A stretch of 64,000 bases of DNA from Alloascoidea hylecoeti (lineage: Eukaryota): NCBI GenBank assembly GCA_001600815.1, contig BCKZ01000003.1, positions 500,581 to 564,580 on the forward strand, written 5' to 3'. The notes beneath the pieces were generated by a model. It was not told the origin of the DNA. It was given only the letters and a program-made list of their open reading frames with translations, and ran no database searches. Within the stretch, counting starts at the first letter, position 1. Every line of letters begins with the position of its first letter. This document shows, in pieces, positions 34,663 to 45,900 of this stretch. A program made the translations under genes and the position numbers.

Positions 34663-37600
34663 ATGACAGCAGTTGCATCTGTTTCAGGATCCGGTGCTCC
34701 ATCAGGTGCCTCAGGTTCTCTGGGATCTCTAGGGTCCATAGGGACTTGGGACTCACTAGGTTCATCGAAAACATCGGCCACCTTTCAAAAACCAGCTACT
34801 GCTTTACTGAGTGAACTTTTAGAAGCTGCAAGAAATTTACCAAGTGCAAGTTCTGATCTTGGTACTTTACAACTAGGATTGATTGATATTAAAAAAAGAG
34901 CCCATGATTTACGTGGTAAAGGTACTTCAAAAACAGATACAAAAGCGTATGTTTATCATCATTAATTAAAAAGTTAAATTTAATTAAATATTGAATAAAT
35001 AACTAATTTTTTTCTTTCTTTTTTTATATTATAGACATTATCTACTTGCCGGAAGTGGGATTAATGCAGAAGAAATTGAACATGATATTCGATCAATTGA
35101 CGTTCATCAGATTTTAGAACCATCAACAACAAATGATTTCACTGATATTGATGTAAGTGAAAAAGTAATCAAGATAACAAAAATATATTTATTTTATTTA
35201 CTAATAATCATTTTTAGAGTTATTTAAGATCCAAAAAGGAAGAAAATATACTTGCTTCAATTGAAGGTTCACTTAGAAGTGCTGCAAAAGATTTTGATGT
35301 TTTTGTAAATAAAGGTGTTAATATTGATTGGAGAGCAAAAAGAGATGATATTCGTCGTTCATTTGGTATAATTTCTGGTAAAACAAGACCAGATATAAAT
35401 AATAATAACGGAATACGATCTTCTACACAATCAAAAGAAATCAGTTATTCAAAAAATATTTCAAATAAATGGGGTAAATCTTCATTGGGTAGAAATGTTC
35501 TTGGTCCATTAACTGGTGGTGGAGAATTTACAGATATTGAAACACCAATAGTAACATCAAATCTCACAACTTCATCATCATCTTCTTCAACTCCAGCACA
35601 AACAACGACGACGACAACAACAAATTCTGTATTAGGATCTAAAAGTAATGCTCAATTTATAAAACAAAAATTTGAAAAATTTGCAAATGTTGTTATTAAT
35701 CTTAATGATACGAGATTACAAGGTAAATTTTTTCCAATTTGTTCACAATTTGCAACAATTTCAGATTCTTTTGGTTCAGATACAAGGAGTCAACAAATTT
35801 ATGATTCATGGCAAATATTATCAAATATAATTGATGAATATAATTATAAAGGTCCAACGTTAGAAAGAAATTTTTCAAAAGATTATTATTTATCAATAAA
35901 TGATATAAATAATTCAGAATCAATTAAATTAAGAAAACAAATTGTTCAAGGTAGTAGACAATTTCTTGAAGATCAATTTTTTGCACTTGTTGAAACTGAA
36001 ATTTCAAAATTTCCACAAGATGCTCAATTAGGTGGTATACCATCAGTTTCAAATAAAATTAGAGCATATTTAAATTTAAAATTTTCAAAAGATGAAAATT
36101 TTAAATCTTTTAATTTAGAAATTGTTAATAATGATCCTGTTTGGGCAATTATTTATTATATGATTAGATCTGGTTATTTAGAAGAAGCTTTAGAATATAC
36201 ACAATCAATTGAAGGAATTTTTAAAAAAGTTGAAAGATCTTTCCCAACTTATTTAAAAGAATATGTTGCTTCAACTGAAAGAAGATTACCAAGAGAATTA
36301 TTAGAAAGATTACATACTGAATTTAATCAACATATTAGATTTATTGATGAAAAATCAGATCCATATAAATATGCACTTTATAAAATCATTGGTCGTTGTG
36401 AATTATCAAGAAAAACAATTCCAGGAATTTTAAATACCGTTGAAGATTGGTTATGGGCACATTTAGTTTTAACAAGAGAAGGAAATTTAGTTGGTGAACC
36501 AATGCAAGAAAGATATAGTTTAATTGATGTACAAAGAATGATTGTACAATTTGGTGCAAAACATTTTAATCCAACTGGTTCAAATCCTGGTATGTATTTT
36601 CAAGTATTATTATTATCTGGTTTATTTGAATGGGCTGTACACTATATTTATTCATTTAGTGAGATTGATGGTGTTCATTTCTCAATTGTTTTGGCTTATT
36701 TTGGTTTATTAAGAGTATCACATACAGCTGCTAAAATTGGTGAAACTGATTTAATTACTTTAAATCAAAATGAACAACCTGAATTAAATTTTGCAAGAAT
36801 GATTGGTTATTATACAAGAGATTTTAGAAAATCTGATCCAAAAATTGCTGTTGATTATCTTATATTAATTGCATTAAATGGTGATTTACCAAATGGTGTT
36901 GGTGAAGAACAATTAGAATTATGTCATGAAGCAATTAGAGAATTAGTTTTAGAAACTAGAGAATTCTCAAGATTAATAGGTAATATTAAAGCAGATGGTT
37001 CAAGAGTACCAGGTGCAATTGAAGAAAGAATGAGACTCATTAATTTGGAAGATGAAGAAGATTATTTACATGTTATAACACAAGAAGCAGCAAGACGTGC
37101 AAATGAAGATGGTAGAAGAGCAGATGCAATCTTATTATATCAACTTTCTGAAGAATATGATGTTGTTATTTCAATTATTAATAAATCACTTGGTGAAATA
37201 TTAAGTATTACTGAATTAGATAAACCATTGGCTACTTTACCATCAGGAGCTTCATTATCAATAAGTGCTTCAGAAGATCCTGCACAATTAGCAAGAAATA
37301 TGCTTTCAGTTTATACAGCGAATGTTGGTATGTTAAAACAAGTAAGTCAAAGAAATCGAGAAACTTGTCAATTACTTTTATCAATTGTGGAAGCAAAAGA
37401 ATATTTTGTAGCTCAAAAATGGGATGAAAGTTTACAAAAATTATTACAATTAAATATTATACCAATAGATCCAAGACTTGATTTAGGATTCGTTAGACGG
37501 AAAGCACAACAATTTGGTTCATTACATGAAAGTATTGCAAGAAATGTACCTGGATTATTGGTTATGGCAATGACATGTGTCTCACAACTTTCATTTGGTT

Positions 37601-37755
37601 TAAGAAGAAGTGAATATATTGCTTCAAGTCGTGTTGATAAATTAACAAGTTTAAAAGAAATGGCAAAAAATTGTATGATTTATGCGGGTATGGTTCAATA
37701 TAGAATGCCTAGAGAAACATATAGTATTTTGATTAGTTTAGAATCATCATTGTGA
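34663..37755 (+). CDS. NIC96: Nucleoporin Nic96; exons 34663-34946, 35035-35152, 35218-37755
   Basis: Introns GTATGT..TAG and GTAAGT..TAG rebuild DTKAHYLLAGSG and TDIDSYLRSKKEENIL; DPYKYALYKIIGRCEL, TVEDWLW, YAGMVQYRMPRETY. Confidence 0.95.
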
Positions 37756-38154
37756 ATAGTATTTAATTTAAAAAGTTTAAACATAATTAATACTATTTTA
37801 CATTTATATATGCCTACACATACACATACCCATATTATAATTATAATTTGTAGTTGACTTTAAAATAGATTTGAAATAGAATTAAATCTTTTTTCGTCCT
37901 CATTGTATACTATTAAGTAATTTTAACCTTAGGAAATTTAAATGTAAACAAATAATCAGCTATAAGGCCTTATATATATTCCGAAATTTATTATATATAG
38001 CTACAGTATAGGACATGTATAACAAATGAAAATAATGAGTCTTAGTAAATCATTCGAAAAGAAACCCCTGATAGCGATGATTTTATTTTGTGTTTTGTAT
38101 CATTTATATTACAACGAAAATCAGGAAATAAACATTTTGATGTGACAATATTAG

Positions 38155-38586
38155 TCAAGGGTGAGAATTCCGTATTGGTTTTTGTTTTTCATATGCATTA
38201 GGCGAAGGGGTCCGTCTCACCTTACGAGGTCTTCCAGGATTATGATCACATTTATGATGATTACTTTTGCCATTTGGTTTTCCTTTCCCATTATCATTAT
38301 GTCCAGCGCCGTCAGAGTCGGAATCTGAGTCTGAAGAACTTGAAGAACCGGAATCAGATTCACAAGAAGATTCTTCCTCTGATGAAGATTCATCGAAATT
38401 TCGTTGTTTATGGAATATACAGCATATTTTAGTTTTTTTCTTATTCATGTGTTCGTTATCAATGACGTCAGTCTCCCACCTAACCCTTCTGTTTGGAATA
38501 GGGGCTCTTAGGCGTAAAATCGTAGCAGGAGTCTCTTCTTCTTCAACAACGATGGTTGAGGACCCAACTCTTGGAATTTGTTGCAT
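38155..38586 (-). CDS. YPI1: PP1 regulatory subunit Ypi1 / inhibitor-3
   Basis: [27 protein letters not shown] and SPNAYEKQ; first in-frame ATG at 38586. Confidence 0.92.
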   Translation of the reverse strand: MQQIPRVGSSTIVVEEEETPATILRLRAPIPNRRVRWETDVIDNEHMNKKKTKICCIFHKQRNFDESSSEEESSCESDSGSSSSSDSDSDSDGAGHNDNGKGKPNGKSNHHKCDHNPGRPRKVRRTPSPNAYEKQKPIRNSHP

Positions 38587-38753
38587 CTTTGATGTTTTGG
38601 TGGATCTGTGGAAGCAAAGGATCAATCTAATAAAATGGTGGGTGTATGGGTGTATTTACTATGATAATAAGTTGACTAAATTGAAGAAGGTTTAATATGT
38701 CACAAACACAAACACGAACACGAACATCATAATTATAAAACAAATTAAAAAAA

Positions 38754-39657
38754 ATGACGAGGACAGACTTAACAGACGATGATAAAGCGACGGCAATGGT
38801 ACGTGCTTGTATTAGACGATTTTTAATTAACATTAACAATTTTTAGCGACTCAAATCTGCAATTTGGTATACTGTTTCTAAAATAGTACAAGAAGAAACA
38901 ACTATATTAAGATCAAATCCAACTTCTCAATTCACTGCAAATTTAACAGAATTGGTTTATAATCAGGCACGTAAGTGAACTTACTACTATTACTTGTAAT
39001 ATTTCGTTATTAATAAACCATTCTGTTAGTGACGTTAGGTGAAGACCTAGAAATGTTTGCAAAGTATGTGAAATCTATATTTATAATTAGTAATAAGCAA
39101 TCTGCCTACACATATTTTTAAATTTATTCATATCACCTTCTAACCTTCTTCACTTAATAATATAAAGCCATGCAAAAAGGAAAACAATTCAAAAAGATGA
39201 TTTATTAATGGTATGCCGAAGAAATGATAGTTTAAAAGAAGCTATGATTGAATTTTCAAATAAATTATCTGAAGAGAAAAGAAAAGAAAAGGAAATTTCA
39301 AAACAAAAAAAATCTAAAACAGTTTCAACATCTATTGGATTAGGAATTGATAATAAAAAGAAAAAATCAAATGGTAAAGAAAAATTACAAACTAGATTAG
39401 AAATACCTACAAAATCAAATTCAAATTCAATTTTAAATTCCAAAGAAAAAGAAACAGAAAAAGATGGAAATAATGACGATAATATAGTGAATAGAAGAAC
39501 TTCGGGTAAAAATCGTCCGTCAAAGAGAACAATACCATCCGATTCAGAAGAAGAAGATCTAGAAAATTATAATGAAGAAGATGAAATTAATGATTCAGAT
39601 GAAATTCTTGTCGACTCGGATTTGGAAATGGATTTAAGTGCAATTGAAAATTCATAA
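38754..39657 (+). CDS. MHF1: Histone-fold protein Mhf1/CENP-S; exons 38754-38798, 38847-38970, 39030-39063, 39168-39657
   Basis: Three phase-consistent introns give RLKSAIWYTVSKIV...FTANLTELVYNQALTLGEDLEMFANHAKRKTIQKDDLLMVCRRN. Confidence 0.88.
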
Positions 39658-39775
39658 AAATTCAAACCAGCTGATATTACCTACATATTTATATATCCAG
39701 ATATATATAATCAATATTTATGAATCTTATATGATTTATTTTCCCTTTACTATCATTATCATTATATATCAACAG

Positions 39776-42712
39776 TTAAAATTGAATTTCCCAATCCTCA
39801 CTAATAATAGGAGAAGGATTACGAACAATAAAAACATCACTTTCAGTACTCTTTTCTTTTAATATTTGTGATGTCCAATTTTTTGAACCTTGAGAAACTT
39901 TAGCTTCAATTCCAAAAGTATTTTTATTACCACCAATAATGATTATTTTTTCAATTGTCAAAATCTTCCCAATATTTGAAACATAATCACCAAAACCGGA
40001 TTTATTTGTATTAATTGAAGTTAATTTATTTAATTTACTATCAAATTTAAATTCAACATGAATAAAATCACCGGATTTAAAGTTAAATGATTTACCATCA
40101 TCAAGGTATAAATCACCAAATGCATTACCATCTTTTGAACTTAAAACAATAACTAATGTAAAAGGATCATATTTCATTGTTTCAATTGATCTTCTATATC
40201 TATCTCTTCTTGAAATAATATGTCCACCTTCAAGTAAAATTGGGATTTTTTCTAATGGTGCTTCAATTTTATGATATCCTTTACCATTATATTTTTTATA
40301 ATTAAAATAATCATAATATGATTCATCATCCTGTGGTAAATAAATATTAACAGATGAACCACCTTCTTCAATAACAGGTTTAACTAGAATTCCTTTATCA
40401 GTGAAATAAAATTCATCTTCAATTTCGTATGTTTCTTCATTATTAGGATGATGATAAAATAATGGTCTCATTATTGGACTTCCATCAACATTGCTATGAT
40501 GAAAAGAAGTATATAAAGTTGGCATCAATGAATATCTTAATCTAACTGCATCTCTCATAATTGAGGTGTATGGTTCACCAGCAATCCATGGTTCACGACG
40601 ACGTGAATCAATATGAGCATGAGCTCTAAAAAATGGATAAAATATACCAGTTTGATACCATCTTGTTAATAATTCTTTTGATGGATCACCAAAAAATCCA
40701 CCAACATCAGAACCGGCAAATGGATAACCACTAATACCTTGATTTAAAACCATTGGAATTGATAATTTAAGATATTCCCATTTTGACATATTATCACCTG
40801 TCCACATTGCTGAAGTTCTTTGTGATCCAGAAAAGAAACTTCTTGTCAAAACAAAAGATCTTGAATTACTATTATCATTAAATCTTTCAATTAATGCATC
40901 ATTTGTAGCTTCATGAAATGTCATTCCATATAAATTGTGAACGGATCTATCTTCCCAATTACCAAAATAAATTGCATCTTTTTCAATTGTTGTTTCTGGT
41001 CCACTAAAAACAGATGGTTCATTCATATCATTCCATAAAAATAAATTTTTTGCATCTGAATTAAATTTTGATCCATATTTAAATAGTGTTTTCCAATATA
41101 ATTTTGATTTTGGATTTAATGTATCAATCCAAATTGATTCACCTGGCCAACAATGACCATGATAAGAAATACCTTTATTATTACAAATTGATAATTTATT
41201 ATCTTCAACATATTTTGAAACTTCATAATTAACTTTTAAATGTGGATCAATAATTGCAACTAAATTTCTTTTTGTTTTATTTAACATTGATAACATTTTT
41301 GAATAATTTGGAAAAGTTTCTGGACCCCATGTAAAATATTTTTTTTCATCAGTATATTCAATATCAAGCCAAATTGTATCATAAGGAAATTTAAATTCAT
41401 CCATTTTTTTATGAACAGTTAAAACATCATCTTCGTTATTATAATTCCAACGACATTGATGATAGCCAAGAGAAAATTCTCTTGGTAATGCTGTTGTTCC
41501 AGTTAATGAAGTATATGATTTTAAAATTGATGCTGGATCTGGACCTAACATTATAACAACATCAATAATACCATTTTCAGAAATCCAATGAGATTGAGTA
41601 TTTGAATTTGATTTAGTTATATCGATCCAAGTATCAGCACTATTTATCCAAAATATACCAATACTTGAACCAGGTTTATGAGATTGTAAAAATGGAATTG
41701 AACCATACATTGGCATCCAACTATCAACTTCATATTCAAATATATCAACATTCATTAATCGGTAAGGGTCATTATGATTACCTTCACCACCTTTTGTTTC
41801 TCTTAAAGATAATTTATCAGCATGTTGAGGTATACCATAAGCATGCTTATAATCAATAAAAGAAAAATCTAAACCAATTGATTCAGGACCTAAAGGAATT
41901 GTATCTTTATTTGAATCTTTAAATTCATCTTTCCACATTCCATCGGAAATTTCAAAATCACTTAAATTAATATCATTTTTTTCATCATCTTCATTAGAAG
42001 GTTGCTTTCTCCAATGTTCAACATTTAATAAACCTCTATCGTTTAAAATTAATTGAGTAATTCCATTAGTTTTAAATTCAACTTTAAAAGGATTAATGTA
42101 AACAATTGCTTCATTAATAAAATTTGGACCATAAGTTATTGTAAAAAAACCATGTTCGTTGATTAATTCTAAATTTAAACCATTAATTTTGAAATTTTTA
42201 TCAAGTTTTTTAGCAGCATGGATATCACTATCATCAAAGGCCCATTTTGCAGCTTCATTATATCTAAATTTAGAAATGATTTTATTTTCACCTCTTAATT
42301 CAAGAGCTGGATCAAGACGCTTCTTTTCATCAATTTTCAATCTAACATTATTGTTGATTAAAAAACTTAATTGAAATGGTAAATCAATTGGAGTTGAAAT
42401 TACTTCAGAATTATTGGTTCTGAGAATTGATTTTTGAATTATACCAGAAATTACTCCATCATTGTTAATTTTTAATGAAGATGGATCGATTTTATAAGGG
42501 CTTGACCAGTTTGGACCAAATTCGTTAATTTTGTTGGCATAATGACGGTTTCTCTTGCAAAAGCCAGATTGATCACAAGTTTTGAACAAGTAAGACTTAA
42601 CGGCAGAAGCAGGAGCTGGTAGCAACACCAGAAGAACCAGCAACGTCAATGGCAGCAGGGATTTCAACGAGCAACACCAACTCTTATTTCGGTTGTGAAG
42701 ATGGAGGCCCAT
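39776..42712 (-). CDS. ROT2: Glucosidase II alpha subunit (GH31)
   Basis: Signal peptide, FKTCDQSGFCKRNR, catalytic WNDMNEPSVF, WTGDN, FFRAHAHIDSRRREPW. Confidence 0.97.
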   Translation of the reverse strand: MGLHLHNRNKSWCCSLKSLLPLTLLVLLVLLPAPASAVKSYLFKTCDQSGFCKRNRHYANKINEFGPNWSSPYKIDPSSLKINNDGVISGIIQKSILRTNNSEVISTPIDLPFQLSFLINNNVRLKIDEKKRLDPALELRGENKIISKFRYNEAAKWAFDDSDIHAAKKLDKNFKINGLNLELINEHGFFTITYGPNFINEAIVYINPFKVEFKTNGITQLILNDRGLLNVEHWRKQPSNEDDEKNDINLSDFEISDGMWKDEFKDSNKDTIPLGPESIGLDFSFIDYKHAYGIPQHADKLSLRETKGGEGNHNDPYRLMNVDIFEYEVDSWMPMYGSIPFLQSHKPGSSIGIFWINSADTWIDITKSNSNTQSHWISENGIIDVVIMLGPDPASILKSYTSLTGTTALPREFSLGYHQCRWNYNNEDDVLTVHKKMDEFKFPYDTIWLDIEYTDEKKYFTWGPETFPNYSKMLSMLNKTKRNLVAIIDPHLKVNYEVSKYVEDNKLSICNNKGISYHGHCWPGESIWIDTLNPKSKLYWKTLFKYGSKFNSDAKNLFLWNDMNEPSVFSGPETTIEKDAIYFGNWEDRSVHNLYGMTFHEATNDALIERFNDNSNSRSFVLTRSFFSGSQRTSAMWTGDNMSKWEYLKLSIPMVLNQGISGYPFAGSDVGGFFGDPSKELLTRWYQTGIFYPFFRAHAHIDSRRREPWIAGEPYTSIMRDAVRLRYSLMPTLYTSFHHSNVDGSPIMRPLFYHHPNNEETYEIEDEFYFTDKGILVKPVIEEGGSSVNIYLPQDDESYYDYFNYKKYNGKGYHKIEAPLEKIPILLEGGHIISRRDRYRRSIETMKYDPFTLVIVLSSKDGNAFGDLYLDDGKSFNFKSGDFIHVEFKFDSKLNKLTSINTNKSGFGDYVSNIGKILTIEKIIIIGGNKNTFGIEAKVSQGSKNWTSQILKEKSTESDVFIVRNPSPIISEDWEIQF

Positions 42713-42936
42713 TTTTAGAGGAGTTGGAGATGGTCAAGTGGAGGGAGTGGTGTATCTGTCTGAATACGGCCGGCCGGACATAAACATTTGTTCAAACAAC
42801 ATTTATTATAAAATAATCTTATTGACACCTCTACAAGAACAAATAATAACATAGATAATTATATTAACCATGTGGCCTTTTATAATTATAAAGTCTCCTT
42901 CTTTCGCCCCTCAGATTTTCGTAGATCACAATTCCA

Positions 42937-45900
42937 ATGTCTTCTGCTGTTAATCCAACCTTCAAATTCCCTGTCGAGGGACGTTTAGTGGTGATATATG
43001 GCATAACTCACGACCCTCTCGTTACAGCATTTGCTAAACTTTTATATTCAAAAGGTGCCAATATAATCCTGGTTGGCCCAAATGAATCAAACCTGCTAAA
43101 ATCAATAAATAACATAAAAGACGTTGAAAGGAAAGATCAGGTTTTGAAACACATAGTGGCAGACTTATCAACAACGGGCGTTTCAAACAGCATCTTCTGT
43201 AATATTCCTGATGTTGATATTGCTATCTTTACAACTGAAACAAATCCGACGCCATGTTTATTAAAAGATTTAAACTCAACTGATATTGAGTCAAATATTG
43301 AATCTCAATATTTATCCTATCAAAATTTTTCAAAATCTGTTTTCCATTGTATGGCTTCAAATTTAAACGTTTCTAATGATATTCCAAAACATATATTATT
43401 TATCTCGTCTTCTTTGGCTTTCTATTCTCCTATTGGGTATAGTCAATATTCTCCTTTATATTCAAGCTTGAAATCATTTACTGATATTCTAAGAGTTGAA
43501 TGTTCTCCTTATAATATTAAAGTTGAGTGTATATATCCAGGTCTTTTAAATCATAATACTACTGGCGAACAAAAAATCTTTAGAAGTCGATTACCTTTAA
43601 GTAATATTTTTAATAATAATAATTCAAAATATTTAACATATGATGAAGCATCAATATTAATTTTAAAAAAATTAAATAAAGGTAGAGAACAAATAACAAT
43701 TGATTTTTTATCATGGATTTTAAGTTGTTTAACAATTTCTTCAAGTCCAAGAGAATTTAGTTTTTTACAATCATTTATTTCATTTTGGTTTATTTTATTT
43801 TTACCAATTATTAAAAATTCAATAAATAATGATTTAAAATTTTATTGGGAATCACATAAAGAGAATTTAAATATTAAATCGATTAATGAATTATGTGATG
43901 AAGATGAAAATGAAATGTTACAAGTACAATTACATGAATCACTAATATCAGATTTAGATAAATTGAAAATTTTAAAACCAATTGTTGAAATTTCAAGAGT
44001 TGATAATGAAGAGGTTGAAAATAAAGTATTAGAAGGATCTGAAGAATCTTCAACAAAAATTTTAAATTTTAATTATTCCCCACAGAAGATAAATGATGGT
44101 CGTGGTATTGATAATAGTCCATTAACACCTGTCAAAGCTTTAGTTTTAGATTCAAAGTCAACTCCAATTCCAATTCCAATTAATATTAATGCTCAAGTGC
44201 TTGAGGTTCCTAAACCATATGACGATGTTCCTAGAACATTACCGAATATTAATACTACTGAAATCATTTCGAATTCTAGAAATATTAATAATAGTGATAA
44301 TAAAACCGAAGAATCAATCTCAATTGGTCCTGACGAACAAGAAGCATTACTTTCTGATAGTACACAATTTCAAAATGAAATAAATGTTGAAAAATCTAGT
44401 ACTTCAATCAATAACGATGAACATGATGATGTTTGTTCACCACTTGTTACAAAATTATCTTCTGATATTGATAGATTTATTGATAAAATAAATAACTCAA
44501 CACTTGATGATAATAACGATGATAATGATGATGCCTCATCTGAAGCTTCATGGCCTGAAGAAGAGGAATTACCACATGAAATTTCAAACCCATTAATTGA
44601 AGTTTCAAAAGAATCACTTCAAGAAAATGATATGAGTATTCCATACACAACTATTTTACATCCTAATGAATATAAAACTCGTAAACAGCAATGGAATTCT
44701 GATAGAGATTTATTTTTAGATACTGGAGAAGATTTAAAAGAAGTAGCAGAATTCCCTGCTGTCAAAGCAGAATATTTAACAGAAATCGAGGATTCTTCTA
44801 ATTTGGTTAACACAGTTGATGATGAGCCTATTGAAAATTCAATAGTAGATAATGAACAATATATTGAACCGCAAGTTAATTTATTAGAGCAAGAATCCAC
44901 TACAATTGATAATACTAATGATATTCAAGAACCATTAACAGTATTTCCACAAAAACTTACTGATAATGATTCATCAGAGGATGAATCAATCCATGAAAAA
45001 TCATGCTCTAAATCTACTTCATTATCAGATATTGATGACGAATATCAAAGTGATGTTGCAATTGAAAAATATGATATACCTTATGATCATAATTATTCAA
45101 CTAATGAACCTCAATTGGAAGAAGAAATTAATGAAAATTATGAAAATTATGAAGAACCACCTCTTTTACCTTTACCTTTACCTTTACCCTTAAATGATCC
45201 AATTACAAATGATAATATTCCAATTGTAACTGGTGATGAAAAATTAAATGAATTTTCACCTTCTTGGAACGATGTTAATTATTCTCCAGTTGAAGAATCT
45301 AGTAAAGAAGTTTCTCATGATGAAGAACAAGATATTGATCCTCAGTTTAATCCTAATCCTTCGGTTGTTATAAATACAGATTTAGATTCAACAGATGAAC
45401 CATTACCTCCCCCTCCTCCACGGAAACCATCTATTGGTTATCCGAACCCTTTCAAGAATCAATCAGTGAAAAACAGACTTCTTTCTCATTATCAAGAATC
45501 AAGGGCATCAAGTACTAGTACTAATAATGAGGATCCAATTTCTGTAACAAATATTCGACATTTGGAAGAAATGTCTAAAGTTGATAATACTATAGATGAT
45601 CATAAAGATATTAGCACTAATAGTTTACTCCCAGCTACTATAACTTCTACTGATAATATTTCCCCTATTACTACAGGTACCGATGTTCCATTAAGTTTAG
45701 AAAGTGATAATTCAAATGATCATGAAGTTAAAAAGGCTTTTTTTCAACAAGAGTATGAAATTGATAATCCTTATGCTGATGAAGCACCAACTACTGATTT
45801 AAATAATGAAGAAGTGATGAATGAAGAAACAACAAAAGAGCCTACATTTTCTTTTGACGTGAATAATGATGACGAAATAGTTATTGATGATAATCATGTT

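Noticed and set aside
38267..38695. 142-aa plus-strand ORF
   Set aside because: Antisense to YPI1.
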